Shown: positions 25,488-38,353, numbered from the whole stretch's first letter. The stretch: DNA of 63,760 nt, filler included, from Octopus bimaculoides (GCF_001194135.2; 5 parts of 5 records of this genome joined end to end with filler, not necessarily neighbours in it), one strand, 5' to 3'. Notes: generated from the letters alone by a model not told the origin. Numbers and translations: made by a program.

Positions 25488-26448
25488 NNNNNNNNNNNNN
25501 NNNNNNNNNNNNNNNNNNNNNNNNNNNNNNNNNNNNNNNNNNNNNNNNNNNNNNNNNNNNNNNNNNNNNNNNNNNNNNNNNNNNNNNNNNNNNNNNNNNN
25601 NNNNNNNNNNNNNNNNNNNNNNNNNNNNNNNNNNNNNNNNNNNNNNNNNNNNNNNNNNNNNNNNNNNNNNAAAAGGTGGTTTTTTTGTTTGATTGTGTAT
25701 AGAGGAATATATTATTTTGTTTAAAAGAGTTCCAACACTGTCTGTTTTTTATGTTTTATTTATATTCCTGCAGAACCGATGTGGGGTATAGAATATGGAA
25801 TATATAATATAATATACAATATATAATATAAAATAAAATAAAATAAAAATGGATGGCACCATGAAAGAAAGTATTGAATGTAGATGAAATATTGAGTGTT
25901 CAATATAAAGGATCAAATATATAAATATAAATATATAAAGGCGACTCGAGTTTCAGGGCTATTTCCCTTCGTCATGGCCGGTATGACAGACTTTAACATA
26001 TATATATATATATATATGTATATATGTGTGTGTGTGTGTGTGTGTATGTGTGTGTCTTCCCCCTCTCTCTCCATATATATAATCATAAATTATGTGTGTG
26101 CGGTCGTGTGCGTGTGTGTGTGCGCGCGCGGGCATTATTTTACTGTTTTTACCTTGTGAACTGCGGACGTGCTGAGGAGTTTTGTGCATCAAATCTCCCC
26201 CTGTAGTATTTTTTAAATCCGATACTGATTTTTATTGGAATTCCCTTTAATAAGATGCTAGGTCACGGGAATTTAAATCAAAACTTGTTGTGAGGCAGTG
26301 AGACACAAACACTTCGATCTATTCATATGTATGCATATATATACATAAATATGTATATCTGTACACACACGAATGCATACACAAACGTCCATCCATCCAT
26401 ATATACACTCGCACACACACACACACACATACATATATATATGTATGT

Positions 26449-26803
26449 AAATTTGAAGATAAGCAACAAAACTTCAATAGGTTATAGCAGTACGTACGTT
26501 TCGTACAAGCTCCATTTATTCATGTAGTGAGAACACCACAGAATGTACAATGAAAATGTACTCCTCTGCTGCATAATGGAATTTCGTTATAGAAAGTCAT
26601 TTTGAAGATGTTTGCAAAAAACAAGAGTAAGAGAAGAAAACAAACCATACTATGCTGCTGTTCCACAGAAAATGGTTATGCAGCTGAGGAGTACATTTTC
26701 ATTGTACATTCTGTGATGTTCTCACTACATGAATAAATGGAGTTTGTACGAAACCTACGTACTGCTATAACCTATTGAAGTTTTGTTGATTATCTTCAAA
26801 TTT
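26449..26803. repeat. Fold-back / MITE-like element with about 125-bp inverted arms
   Basis: 26449-26575 is the reverse complement of about 26686-26803 with few mismatches. Confidence 0.9.
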
Positions 26804-27143
26804 TATTCACCAAATCTCTTGATTTTGTTTTTTGTTTTTATCCTACCAAATTCTGGTGCCTCAAACATTTTAAGTACCACATTTAATCTTTTGATCAAAT
26901 CTATATTATTATTACGTATGTATATATACACATACACACATATGTATGTATCCATATGACGAATTTCAGCACCGTTTCCCCGCCATCTGATTTCATTTTC
27001 TATGTATTTACTCGTTCCGAGGTTATAGAAGATGATGCTTGTTCAAGCTACCATGTATTATAGCTGGACACCAACGGAGATGTCGGATACAACCTAAGTC
27101 AATACTAAGGCGTTAGTTGTTCTCGATATCTCTCCGCGCTATA

Positions 27144-27217
<74 letters not shown>

Positions 27218-27224
27218 ATGTGTT

Positions 27225-27432
27225 TGTGTGTCTGTGTTTGCCCCCCTAACATTGCTTGACAACCGGTGCTGGTGTGTTTATGTCCCCGTCACTGAGCGGT
27301 TCGGCAAAAGAGACCGATAGAATAAGTACTAGGCTTACAAAGAATAAGTCCCGGGGTCGATTTGCTCGACTAAAGGCGGTGCTCCAGCATGGCCGCAGTC
27401 AAATGACTGAAACAAGTAAAAGAGTAAAAGAG
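27225..27432 (-). mobile_element. SINE-like repeat (family 3)
   Basis: Reverse complement of 63588-63760; partial copies at 6860-6942, 52000-52085 and 61185-61225. Confidence 0.85.
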
Positions 27433-27537
27433 TATATATATATCTCCATCCATCCACTACAAACCCACAGACTCCCATCCCTATTTTGTATTTTGTCCCC
27501 TCTATGTTCAACCCTGGGTGGCTAATATAGAAACATG

Positions 27538-27601
<64 letters not shown>

Positions 27602-29289
27602 CATCAGAGATACATATAGATGTGTAGATGCATATGTTTGAAATGACCTAGTACTGAAATTTCTCAATTCTATAATGTTCTGTTACTCTATAACATCAGT
27701 CCTTAATCAATGCGTACTTTCATATGTCGAGTCATTTTTTTATAATTAGCCGAAACAGAACTGGCATCGTTTGTATATAGATGGCTTCTTAATGACGGTA
27801 ATTAACTTGGAGCGAAACTAATCTGTCCTAATTAGAAGTGACAAACTGACATTAAGTATCATTAACTAATAATGGGCTACTAATATTACCGCAATACGTG
27901 TGATATACTTCATGGAACTTATGTGTGACGAACACACGAGGGAGTATGTGAATGTTTGTGTATTTGTATATATATATATATATATATNNNNNNNNNNNNN
28001 NNNNNNNNNNNNNNNNNNNNNNNNNNNNNNNNNNNNNNNNNNNNNNNNNNNNNNNNNNNNNNNNNNNNNNNNNNNNNNNNNNNNNNNNNNNNNNNNNNNN
28101 NNNNNNNNNNNNNNNNNNNNNNNNNNNNNNNNNNNNNNNNNNNNNNNNNNNNNNNNNNNNNNNNNNNNNNNNNNNNNNNNNNNNNNNNNNNNNNNNNNNN
28201 NNNNNNNNNNNNNNNNNNNNNNNNNNNNNNNNNNNNNNNNNNNNNNNNNNNNNNNNNNNNNNNNNNNNNNNNNNNNNNNNNNNNNNNNNNNNNNNNNNNN
28301 NNNNNNNNNNNNNNNNNNNNNNNNNNNNNNNNNNNNNNNNNNNNNNNNNNNNNNNNNNNNNNNNNNNNNNNNNNNNNNNNNNNNNNNNNNNNNNNNNNNN
28401 NNNNNNNNNNNNNNNNNNNNNNNNNNNNNNNNNNNNNNNNNNNNNNNNNNNNNNNNNNNNNNNNNNNNNNNNNNNNNNNNNNNNNNTATATATATATATA
28501 TATATGTATATGTATATGCACACACATATGTAAAACAAAATTATTTTATTTCACATGGGTAGAAATATAGGGAAAATAGATATTGAAAATGCACTGAGAA
28601 TAGTTAATATATTTTTTATTAATAAATTTAAATCTTTTTCCGCTTTCACAGTTTACACAGATTTTCAAAAAGATTCAAATAGAAAACCGTGGTTTATGTC
28701 GCAGCTGTTTTGCTTCTGACTGGTGTTTGAAGCTTGCCATATTTCTATAGGGATTTCAGGGCTACAATTAGTGCGTTTTGAATAGGATTTACTTGGTAGA
28801 GGATAGTCACATGACTGGACTCAGAATCTTTTGTAGCTTCCTCGCTATGTTCGTGTGTTAGTATCAAGTCACAATGTTTGACATCGTAAGTCAAGGATGA
28901 CACGGGTGACTGAACATGTCCAAACAATCAATACTCTGAATGTTTTCTGTCAAATGTTTGCAGAGCATAAACACATGATTAAGTTTATAACTGTTTGTAC
29001 GCTTCCCGCTACGTCCGTGCCTTAGTATCACGTGATAGTATATTTTGCGCCTAAAAAGAAGGCCAACACGGTTGAGGAAACATATTTAGTTATAATCAAG
29101 GTACTCCAAATTTAATCTGTCTCGTGGGAGAGTGGACAGGAGTCGTTCATATGTAGACCAGTGGTTAAAGTTTAGGCTGTGTAAGTTCCTCATGATAAGT
29201 GGGAGAATGAGTTTTGTGTGTGAGTAGCTATTTGTGTACGTACTCTGTTACAGTTTGTTAAGACTTAGTTTCTACTTTGGTATGAAAAT

Positions 29290-30480
29290 ATTTTCTTTCC
29301 TTAACCGTGCTGCATCTGTGTTATTCGCTGAGCATAGATAGATTGGGAAGACCTGGAATTTGGGGGACTATTTTTTGCACATATGTCTATGTGAACACTC
29401 AGTGGAATCTATCTGGTACTGGGGTCTCATATTTGCTGTCGGTGAATGGTCAATCTATTTCTTAGAGCAAGCTTTGTTTGATGTATGTAATATCCATTAC
29501 ACCCTTAACATTTGATAGCGTATATTAAATTCCTTGAAGAATATGTAAAGTGTTTTTTTACAGTGAAAGTTTGTCCTGATTTGAGTTTTTGTGCTGTATT
29601 TCCAATACGGTTGATGCAGGTCCCGAAATTGGGGCGGTCACACATTTTGGCTGTTGGTGTAGGAATTGTGGAAGGTAATTTAGCGCTTGTAAGAAATTTT
29701 TGAGGGGCTGGCATAGGAAAGGTTTATGGGAAAGAGTTGGTGAGAATGCATCAATTAAAATGTTTCAGATGCTCTAACCTGAGATCTGAACATGAGCAGT
29801 GTTGAACCCCATTCGTAGTATAGTTCCACGTTCAGTTGATGTAGCTTAACACGGAATTACTACCATACCGCGTTGTCTGTATATTAACACCTTCAGTAAC
29901 GTGTCTCCAGAATTAACTGTCGTGCATTGCTCTTGTTTGGTCGTTCTTCAGTATACCAGCATCTTCAACCAGTTGGAAGTATGACCTCTATGTCATTTTC
30001 CGTGTGTTGGTTCTCGCATCACTATGTGACTCACTAATTCATCATTGCTATAAATGCAATGTCCAATGTATCTCAGTCTTCGTTCCTTTACGGTGGAGGT
30101 AACAAATGGAAGATTGCCAAAAACAAATAAAAATCTTCCTTTGTTATATGGGACGGTCATTTGAAGTTAAATGCTGCTTTCAGACGTTTTGTGTATGTTC
30201 CATCTAGTTTTTCTTTCCAGTGTTTTAGTCAGAGCCCATGTTGTGTAGTGGCATTACAATGACTCATCATAAAAGAAAATTTGTTATGGAAAATATGGAT
30301 GAAGTCAGATTTGGTTTAAGGGAAATAGTGTTACTAAATTACGAGATAGAGTTGTGTGACAAGGCAAAATGACTTGATCCGAGAACGTGTGATAAAACGG
30401 AACCAACGTTTTATCACACGTGAGTCATTCATAAGGACACAGAGGTGTTTGAATTTAAATTTATTTCAGGTAATCTTACA
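29290..30480 (-). mobile_element. Penelope-like element remnant (GIY-YIG and upstream region)
   Basis: CDRPNFGTC...FTVKKHFTYSSRNLIYAIKC*GCNGYYIHQT...NRLTIHRQQI. The upstream boundary is approximate. Confidence 0.75.
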
Positions 30481-30520
30481 TACTTTGTTATTGAATGGCT
30501 CTTCCACGATAAAGATGCTG

Positions 30521-30815
30521 TTAATCTCACGTTAACATCATTAAGCTCACTTTGACGTCACTAATCTCCTATTGGCATTTCTAACACCACTTTAACACGG
30601 CTAATCTCATTTTGACGTTGCTAACACTACTTTGATGTCATTAATCTCACTATCATTTAAAAAAAACTTACTTTGACGTTGCTAACATTTCCTTGCCAAC
30701 GTTAACCTCACTTTGACGTGCCTAATGTCCCTCTGATGTAGATAATTTCACTTTGAAATCATTAATCACACTCTGAAGTTGCTAAACTCATTTTGACATC
30801 ATTAATCTCACTTGA
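30521..30815. repeat. Degenerate 20-bp minisatellite, about 15 copies (consensus near ctaatctcactttgacgtca)
   Basis: 20-bp periodicity is directly visible. Confidence 0.85.
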
Positions 30816-31221
30816 AGTGAGACAAATGTAATGTGAAACCTCTAAGATCAATGTGATGTCACGTGTATTCTTTTAGCTTGGAGAGCCTATCAGCTGATAA
30901 TGAATTAAATGCTCGGGAGTATGTAATTGTCGTGTGATTTGAAGGGAGATAATACTGTAATGTCGAGGACTGATATTTTGTCTGCTCAGAGTTCTTTTCT
31001 CTTAATGAATTTAACATTCACATAGTAAGTTACAAATGCATCATTCACCTCCAGAGTCACCTCGTCGTTTTTTACTGCATTTACACACTCACACATTGTA
31101 CTTGCATATATGCATGTACGTGTGCGTGTATATGCATAATAAAACTTAAAGCACACACACATATGTATATATGTGTGCATATAATTATATATGATATATG
31201 GTATACGTGTACATATATATG

Positions 31222-31252
<31 letters not shown>

Positions 31253-32777
31253 ATATATGCGTATATATGTATGTGTGTATATGTATGTATGTATGTATGT
31301 ATGTATATATATANNNNNNNNNNNNNNNNNNNNNNNNNNNNNNNNNNNNNNNNNNNNNNNNNNNNNNNNNNNNNNNNNNNNNNNNNNNNNNNNNNNNNNN
31401 NNNNNNNNNNNNNNNNNNNNNNNNNNNNNNNNNNNNNNNNNNNNNNNNNNNNNNNNNNNNNNNNNNNNNNNNNNNNNNNNNNNNNNNNNNNNNNNNNNNN
31501 NNNNNNNNNNNNNNNNNNNNNNNNNNNNNNNNNNNNNNNNNNNNNNNNNNNNNNNNNNNNNNNNNNNNNNNNNNNNNNNNNNNNNNNNNNATATATATGA
31601 ATATTTTCTTATTTATGTACGTACGCACACACACATGTTTGTGTGTATATACCTGTATGTATATGGCTGCATGATGTTTAAGTTTTGCGGAGTTGATTGT
31701 AATGTCTAGTATTGTGGAACAGATCGCAAGGAATTTCGATGAGTCGCATGTGATGTATTTTAGAGGCTGAACTTTAAATGGCAAATCAATAGAATGTTAG
31801 AACGGCCTCTTTGTAAAATCTTTAGAAATTGATTTCAATGGACAAGTCTATTGAATTGGTTAAGTTAACGATTCGTGGGTCACTGAAATAAATAAATAAA
31901 TGGATAAATAACTAAATAAATATAAAAATTTGTATATGTATTGGTGTTGGTAGTACTTTTGGTGATAATATGGATGGATGGATGATGATGATGATGATGA
32001 TGATGAGAGGAAGAAAAATGGAAGACAAAGTAGAAAGGGAGGAGGAGGAGAAAGAAAGAAATATGAAAGAGTTTAATGGGGCTGGAAAGATACTAACAGA
32101 AGATGGAAAGTTGGAAAGAACAGACGAAAGATAAAGGAAATATATAGAAAAATAAATATATAATAAAAAAGAAAAAGAAATAGATATCTGAAACAAGAAA
32201 GAAAGAAAGGGACAAAGGAATAATGTAACGAAGAAAAAAATAAAGGAATGAAAGGTATGATGAAATACAACGAAGAATAACTAAAAAAGTTATGAAAAAT
32301 AAATGAAAAATAAAAGGTAAAAGAACTGAAGAATACGAAATGACATTTTTAAATAATGGAACTTTTGGTTAATGATGGTAAACACGGACATTGTCAACAG
32401 AAAATATATTGAAAGATAATCAGAATAAATGCCAAAAGTTTTCAGATCTTTCTCAAAAGATGTTTCTTGAAATTCTTCAAAAATGTTCTAATGGTTTTGA
32501 TTCATTGGAGTAAATAGTGGTGTGTATGTGGTTTAGTGGCATATTAACGGTCACACATTATATACCTTCACTCCATATCCTCATGTTATAAAGCATAAGC
32601 TTATGCTAACATGTTAGACAGCTTATACTTATGTCTACATGTTATATAGCTTGAATTCATGTCTACATGAATGGCGTAACTTCATGTCGGGAGGTTACAT
32701 GGTTTAAACATGTATCTACATGTCGGATAGCCTACGTGTGTCTACAGACTATATAACTTATAAAAGAGTCGACATAA

Positions 32778-32935
32778 GTGCAGGTGTGGCTGTGTGATAA
32801 GACGTTTGCTTGCCAACCACATGGTTCCGGGTTCGGTCCTATTGCGTGACGACTTGTGTAAATGTCTTCTACTATAGCCTCGGGCCGACCAAAGCTTTGT
32901 GAGTGGATCTTCTGTTGGTGGAAACTGAAAGAAGC
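32778..32935 (+). mobile_element. tRNA-type SINE (family 2)
   Basis: gcaggtgtggctgtgtgataag...ggttccgggttcggtcc head. Confidence 0.85.
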
Positions 32936-33099
32936 TATATATGTATATATATAAAGGCCAGAACAATGCAAAGTATATGCAAGGCAAATCACAAGAAAAC
33001 AAATATATGAATTAATGTAGACTTACCTTCTATTAAATATTGCGGGATAATGACCCCATTTTCAAGAAATTAACTAAGGTTGCCGATGTGCACGTGTGA

Positions 33100-33560
33100 G
33101 ACCGTGTGTGGGATGGACATGCGCGGAAAGGTGTTGCTATAGCAACGGCTCGCTTCCTGTAACTCTCTTCTGTTGTTGATCTTAGGTTTCTTTTGGTGTA
33201 TGAGGATGGCCTCAGAGATTCTAAAGTCGACCCTGTTCAGCTCTGTTTCTTTGATGTGCTCTGTGAATTCCCATCCATCAACCTCCCCGTCCATCAACCT
33301 CCAGTTCTTCAGCCTCACACCTTCGAACATACGAGAGTTACTAACCATTATAGTTGGTAACATCTTCTTCCAATATAACGGTGTGATTTACAAACAGAAT
33401 TCCGAAGGTGAGGATGTGCACAAGAAATACATTAATTCGACGCATGGTGAAATGATGTTGACGTTGTTAACGTTTCGAGCATAGCTCTTCGTCGGAAAGA
33501 GAAAGTTCAAAGAGGAAGAAGGAAAAATAAGGAAAAATCGCTAACAGTCTACGTGCGGTT
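33100..33560. mobile_element. Penelope-like remnant with endonuclease C-terminus (minus) opposite an RT fragment (plus), plus a hammerhead-like motif
   Basis: Minus strand FRISEAILIHQKKPKINNRRE; plus strand ELLTIIVGNIFFQYNGVIYKQ; motif at 33451-33500. Confidence 0.7.
33451..33500 (-). ncRNA. Minimal type-I hammerhead-like motif (core variant)
   Basis: CCGACGA-A-GAGC-tat-GCTC-GAAA-CGTT-aac-AACG-TC. Stems II and III pair and a GUC site is present, but U4 is C and stem I is only about 2 bp. Confidence 0.55.
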
Positions 33561-33564
33561 ATAT

Positions 33565-33605
<41 letters not shown>

Positions 33606-34704
33606 CACAAACACACACAGAGACATACACACCTGCGCGCACGCATACATATATACATATATAAAACAAAATAAAAAATATTCTTTCTGTGCCACCCGGT
33701 GGTTGTGGATACCTGTGACGAGTATTATATGCTTTATCATCTATTCTAGGTTTTTATTTAGTAATGTCTAAATTCCCACTCTATCACATTCTTTGGTGTT
33801 ATTTATTTAAGTTATAGCTCAAATTTTTCTGGAGTGGGTGTGAAATAAATTAGCAAGAAGCTAAACAAGAAAGTTAATGGCCGCATCTCGAAAGAAGGAG
33901 AAAAAATTCAAAATTTTATTCACAAAGATTATAGCTAACACTCCATGTTGTGGCCTCATGTAGCTTGAAAACTATTATTTAATATTCACAGAACGACTGC
34001 AAAAAATATTTACTAAAAACAATGGAAAGCGAAAACAAATAAATACAAAATTACGAAAAAAAAAAAGAAACAAACACACAAGAAACTGTTTTCTGTCTAC
34101 AAGAAGTTTATTTAGAAAACAGAAGCTGGAGTAACAGGCGTTGTAAAAAGAGAATGAAACACAGCAGAATTTAATTTTGAAAACAATACAAAAATGTAAA
34201 TTTAAAATGTCTCTAGAAAATCTGCTAAACTGAAAGTTATGCCAACATTACAAAATACGAACAGAAAAAAAGGGTGATATGAACATAAATATAATTGAAA
34301 CATATAAGCAGAGATATGAACTTAGAAGTAGTAACAAAAGGTCTGGAGATGGACGAAGTAACCATTTTAAAAATATGTATATTAGCGACAGAGGCTGTAT
34401 TAAACCCGAGAGGTAATATTTGTCCCCACTTAAGCGTGGATGCTCTGTTACACCAAATTATACTGCAGCAGAAGTTCTCATATTGGCCTTTGGTGCAAAA
34501 TGCACTCTTGTTTATATCCATGGGGGGAGATAAATCCCAGCCACCCCCAGAGCTAAAACCACTAGATCACGTGGTTTCGATCTTCCTTGGTTTTGTCAAT
34601 GCTCGACCGCTAGAGATAGCAGCGATATATAGAGTAACAGTGCCAGAGCAGGCGCTGACGTCGCGATTAGCGAATGATTAGCTTGTTTAAAAAATATATC
34701 TGGT

Positions 34705-34921
34705 AAGGCGGCGCGTGGGCAGAAACCTTAGAACGCCGGGCGAAATACTTAGCGGTATTTCGTCTGCCGTTACGTTCTGAGTTCAAATTCCGCCGAGTTC
34801 GATTTTACCTTTCATCCTTCGGTGTCGATTAATTAAGTACCAGTTACGCACTGGGGTCGATGTAATTAACTTAATCCGTTTGTCTGTCCTTGCTTGTCCC
34901 TACTGTGTGTACTACTACTAC

Positions 34922-34966
<45 letters not shown>

Positions 34967-35100
34967 GGCGGCAAACTGACAGACTCGTTAGTGCACTGAG
35001 CAACATATTTAGTGGCATTTCGTCCATCACGGTCTGAGTTCAAATTCCACTGAAGTCGACTTTACATTTCATCCTTTCGTTGTTCGATAAAATACCAGTT
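34705..35100 (+). mobile_element. Two family-1 SINE copies separated by (ATT)n
   Basis: Both begin (taa/aa)ggcggc and contain ttctgagttcaaattcc. Confidence 0.85.
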
Positions 35101-35272
35101 AAACCATAGAAACTTGAAACTTGTTTCCCTATCCGACACTGTTATCATTAAAACGATGATATCATTGGATATCACCCTCAGGGGTAATGAAGCAGAATAG
35201 AAAAGTTTATGAATGTCTTATAAACCGATTTCCCATAGCCTTATCTTTTAATTCTCCTGATTCCTACAGATT

Positions 35273-35372
35273 NNNNNNNNNNNNNNNNNNNNNNNNNNNN
35301 NNNNNNNNNNNNNNNNTTAATTAATTAANNNNNNNNNNNNNNNNNNNNNNNNNNNNNNNNNNNNNNNNNNNN
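35273..35372. other. Artificial 100-bp scaffold linker
   Basis: N44-TTAATTAATTAA-N44. Confidence 0.97.
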
Positions 35373-37081
35373 GGTAGACAGAGGCATGGTGGGAGAAAAG
35401 ATCATCATCATCATATATAAATATATATAAAGAGAGAGAGAGAGAGGGGGGACCAGTCAAGCAGAACATCACGCTGTAATTCTTGGGCTGAGAAATCAAC
35501 ACTTAAAAGCCATAATTTTAAGGAGCGATAAGAATTTTTGAATAAAGGAAAATGGGTAGGGGTGGGTAGGTACCGTCAGCGAGGAGATAGGCCTCTTAAT
35601 CGTAGATTTTAAATATTTGAGAGACAACAATGCATAAATCATAATATATGTCTAAAAATAGAAAGCAGTCTTATTCATAATGTTGGCAGATGTAGTTCAT
35701 CAAAAATTTGCAGCCAGTAATGGAAGCAAATAAACATTGGTAAAATCCAGAGCCTCTTTCGTCAGGGTGGATAGACTCTTATCTATCCACCCTGATGAGG
35801 CTCAAAAATCTGGCGATGATGGAGTTTTCGGACATAACTGATGATGATGATGATGATTCTTGCAGAGTATGTCTTCTTGTTGAAGTGTAACTCAAAGGCA
35901 AAGTTTCAAACAACATGATTTATTTTCGTTAAATTTACAATTATAAATCAACCATGTCAGATCAATGAAAATCAACATATAATTTTAACTCTATGCATTT
36001 GTTGACAATCTACTTCGCCTTGTGAAATTACTACTGAGGAAAAGGTGTATGACAGATGTGATAGAAAGGGTAATCTGTAAATGTGGTTGGCATGACAATT
36101 AGATAGATTAATAAAGTGTGAATAGATGAATGTCAGTGTGAAACAGATGAGTGGGGGAGAAAGGAGAGATGCTTACAGTAGTTTTCGTTTGACCCAGTGA
36201 CATCATTTCTCATTCAGCCTAAAAGCAACAGGCTGTCACGATCACAAGAAGGATACTAACCCCTTTGGCTGGTCAGCTGGTCATATTTATAACAGCCTAC
36301 AGCTGATAGAAAGATGGACAAGCCTTAGCTAAATATTCAGGTTAGATCTAGTTCATCTGAACTTAATTTCACCTAGCTGGTCATTAAAAACTCATCAATC
36401 ATTGTTTCAATTGACAGGACAAAGAAGTTTTTCCTGCTGCAAATTGATTTGGTGGGCGAAAGTGCAACCAGTAATTCTGAGATGCAGTTTCAAATCTCAG
36501 GTGATGGAACTGATATTTGTTCTTTATATATATATATATATATATATNNNNNNNNNNNNNNNNNNNNNNNNNNNNNNNNNNNNNNNNNNNNNNNNNNNNN
36601 NNNNNNNNNNNNNNNNNNNNNNNNNNNNNNNNNNNNNNNNNNNNNNNNNNNNNNNNNNNNNNNNNNNNNNNNNNNNNNNNNNNNNNNNNNNNNNNNNNNN
36701 NNNNNNNNNNNNNNNNNNNNNNNNNNNNNNNNNNNNNNNNNNNNNNNNNNNNNNNNNNNNNNNNNNNNNNNNNNNNNNNNNNNNNNNNNNNNNNNNNNNN
36801 NNNNNNNNNNNNNNNNNNNNNNNNNNNNNNNNNNNNNNNNNNNNNNNNNNNNNNNNNNNNNNNNNNNNNNNNNNNNNNNNNNNNNNNNNNNNNNNNNNNN
36901 NNNNNNNNNNNNNNNNNNNNNNNNNNNNNNNNNNNNNNNNNNNNNNNNNNNNNNNNNNNNNNNNNNNNNNNNNNNNNNNNNNNNNNNNNNNNNNNNNNNN
37001 NNNNNNNNNNNNNNNNNNNNNNNNNNNNNNNNNNNNNNNNNNNNNNNNNNNNNNNNNNNNNNNNNNNNNNNNNNNNNNNNN

Positions 37082-37130
<49 letters not shown>

Positions 37131-37136
37131 ATGTAT

Positions 37137-37285
37137 TGCCCACAGGGGGCTAAACATAGAGGTGATAGACAAGGGGATTTAGTACATTACATTGACCCCC
37201 ATTGATTAACTGGTACTTATTTAATTGACCCCAAAAGGATGAAAGGCAAAATCGACCTTGGCGGAATTTAAGCTCAGAACCTAAC
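37137..37285 (-). mobile_element. Family-1 SINE
   Basis: Similar to 5140-5327. Confidence 0.75.
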
Positions 37286-37882
37286 TGTTGTTAATTTCAA
37301 CCATCCCAGAAAAGGACCCCTTTCTACAGCTGTGTAACATGACAACTGACCAAAAATACAATGCAATTTCAGCCATATCCAAAAATGACCCCTTTATTTC
37401 TTTTTTCTTTCTCTAAACTAAGCCTCCAAAAATTACCCCCATACATATTTAGACACATACATACACATAGACATATATATTTATACACATACATATTATA
37501 CATATAGATTCAAAATAATAAAGAATATCCTCTTCCCAGTTCAGCCCCAGATTATTTTCAACTGACTCGCATGAATTTTCTGTAAATGAATCATTCATGA
37601 TGAATCACTGTAGAATCTTTCAAAAGAGAAGTACTAAATAATTCATTTGTATCCAAAATCCAAAATCTTGATTACTTCCTACTTCCTGTCTCTTTATATA
37701 TAAATTTGTACTCCACTTCAAACAATCTATATATATATAAATATATATNNNNNNNNNNNNNNNNNNNNNNNNNNNNNNNNNNNNNNNNNNNNNNNNNNNN
37801 NNNNNNNNNNNNNNNNNNNNNNNNNNNNNNNNNNNNNNNNNNNNNNNNNNNNNNNNNNNNNNNNNNNNNNNNNNNNATATAT

Positions 37883-38353
37883 ATACTTATATATAAAGGG
37901 CATTAACTGTGTATTAATGCCTCACGCTTTGAGGGACTAAATAAGTCAAAAACTACCAAAAGAATAAGCAACATATTTACTGAAAGCGAGGGAATGCAGC
38001 TTTCAAAATTTATCTCTTAAAAACATTTAACTCAACGGTAGACCACTGGTTTCTCAATCAAATACAGAAAAACTGTGAAGTAACCTGTATCCTTTTGTTC
38101 ATCAGTACACGTATGGTCAAGATACATGTACTGATGAACAAAAGAATACAGGTTACTTCACAGTTTTTCTGTATTTGATTGAGAAACCAGTGGTCTACCG
38201 TTGAGTTAAATGTTTTTAAGAGATAAATTTTGAAAGCTGCATTCCCTCGCTTTCAGTAAATATGTTGCTTATTCTTTTGGTAGTTTTTTACTTATTTAGT
38301 CCCTCGAAGCGTGAGGCATTAATACACAGTTAATTCCCTTTATATATAAGTAT
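37883..38353. repeat. Near-perfect 471-bp palindrome (about 232-bp arms, 7-nt loop)
   Basis: Arms are collinear about centre 38118 with no indels and about 5 mismatches; loop GGTCAAG at 38115-38121. Confidence 0.97.

Noticed and set aside
28745-28927. 60-aa minus-strand frame with a possible CAA|gtaaat donor; similar frames at 1440-1562 and 30986-31100
   Set aside because: Weak acceptors, nearby in-frame stops and no recognisable homology.
33022-33075. Strong minus-strand donor GAAG|gtaagt at about 33027 as an upstream collagen or other exon
   Set aside because: All frames from the nearest acceptor contain stops, there is no Gly-X-Y, and it lies in a different segment from the collagen.
34295-34681. 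128-aa plus-strand ORF
   Set aside because: TTG start, no recognisable domain or splice signals, and it runs into SINE sequence.
35784-35830. CTGATGAG as a hammerhead core
   Set aside because: No stem II or GAAA follows on either strand. It is kept only as a hairpin.
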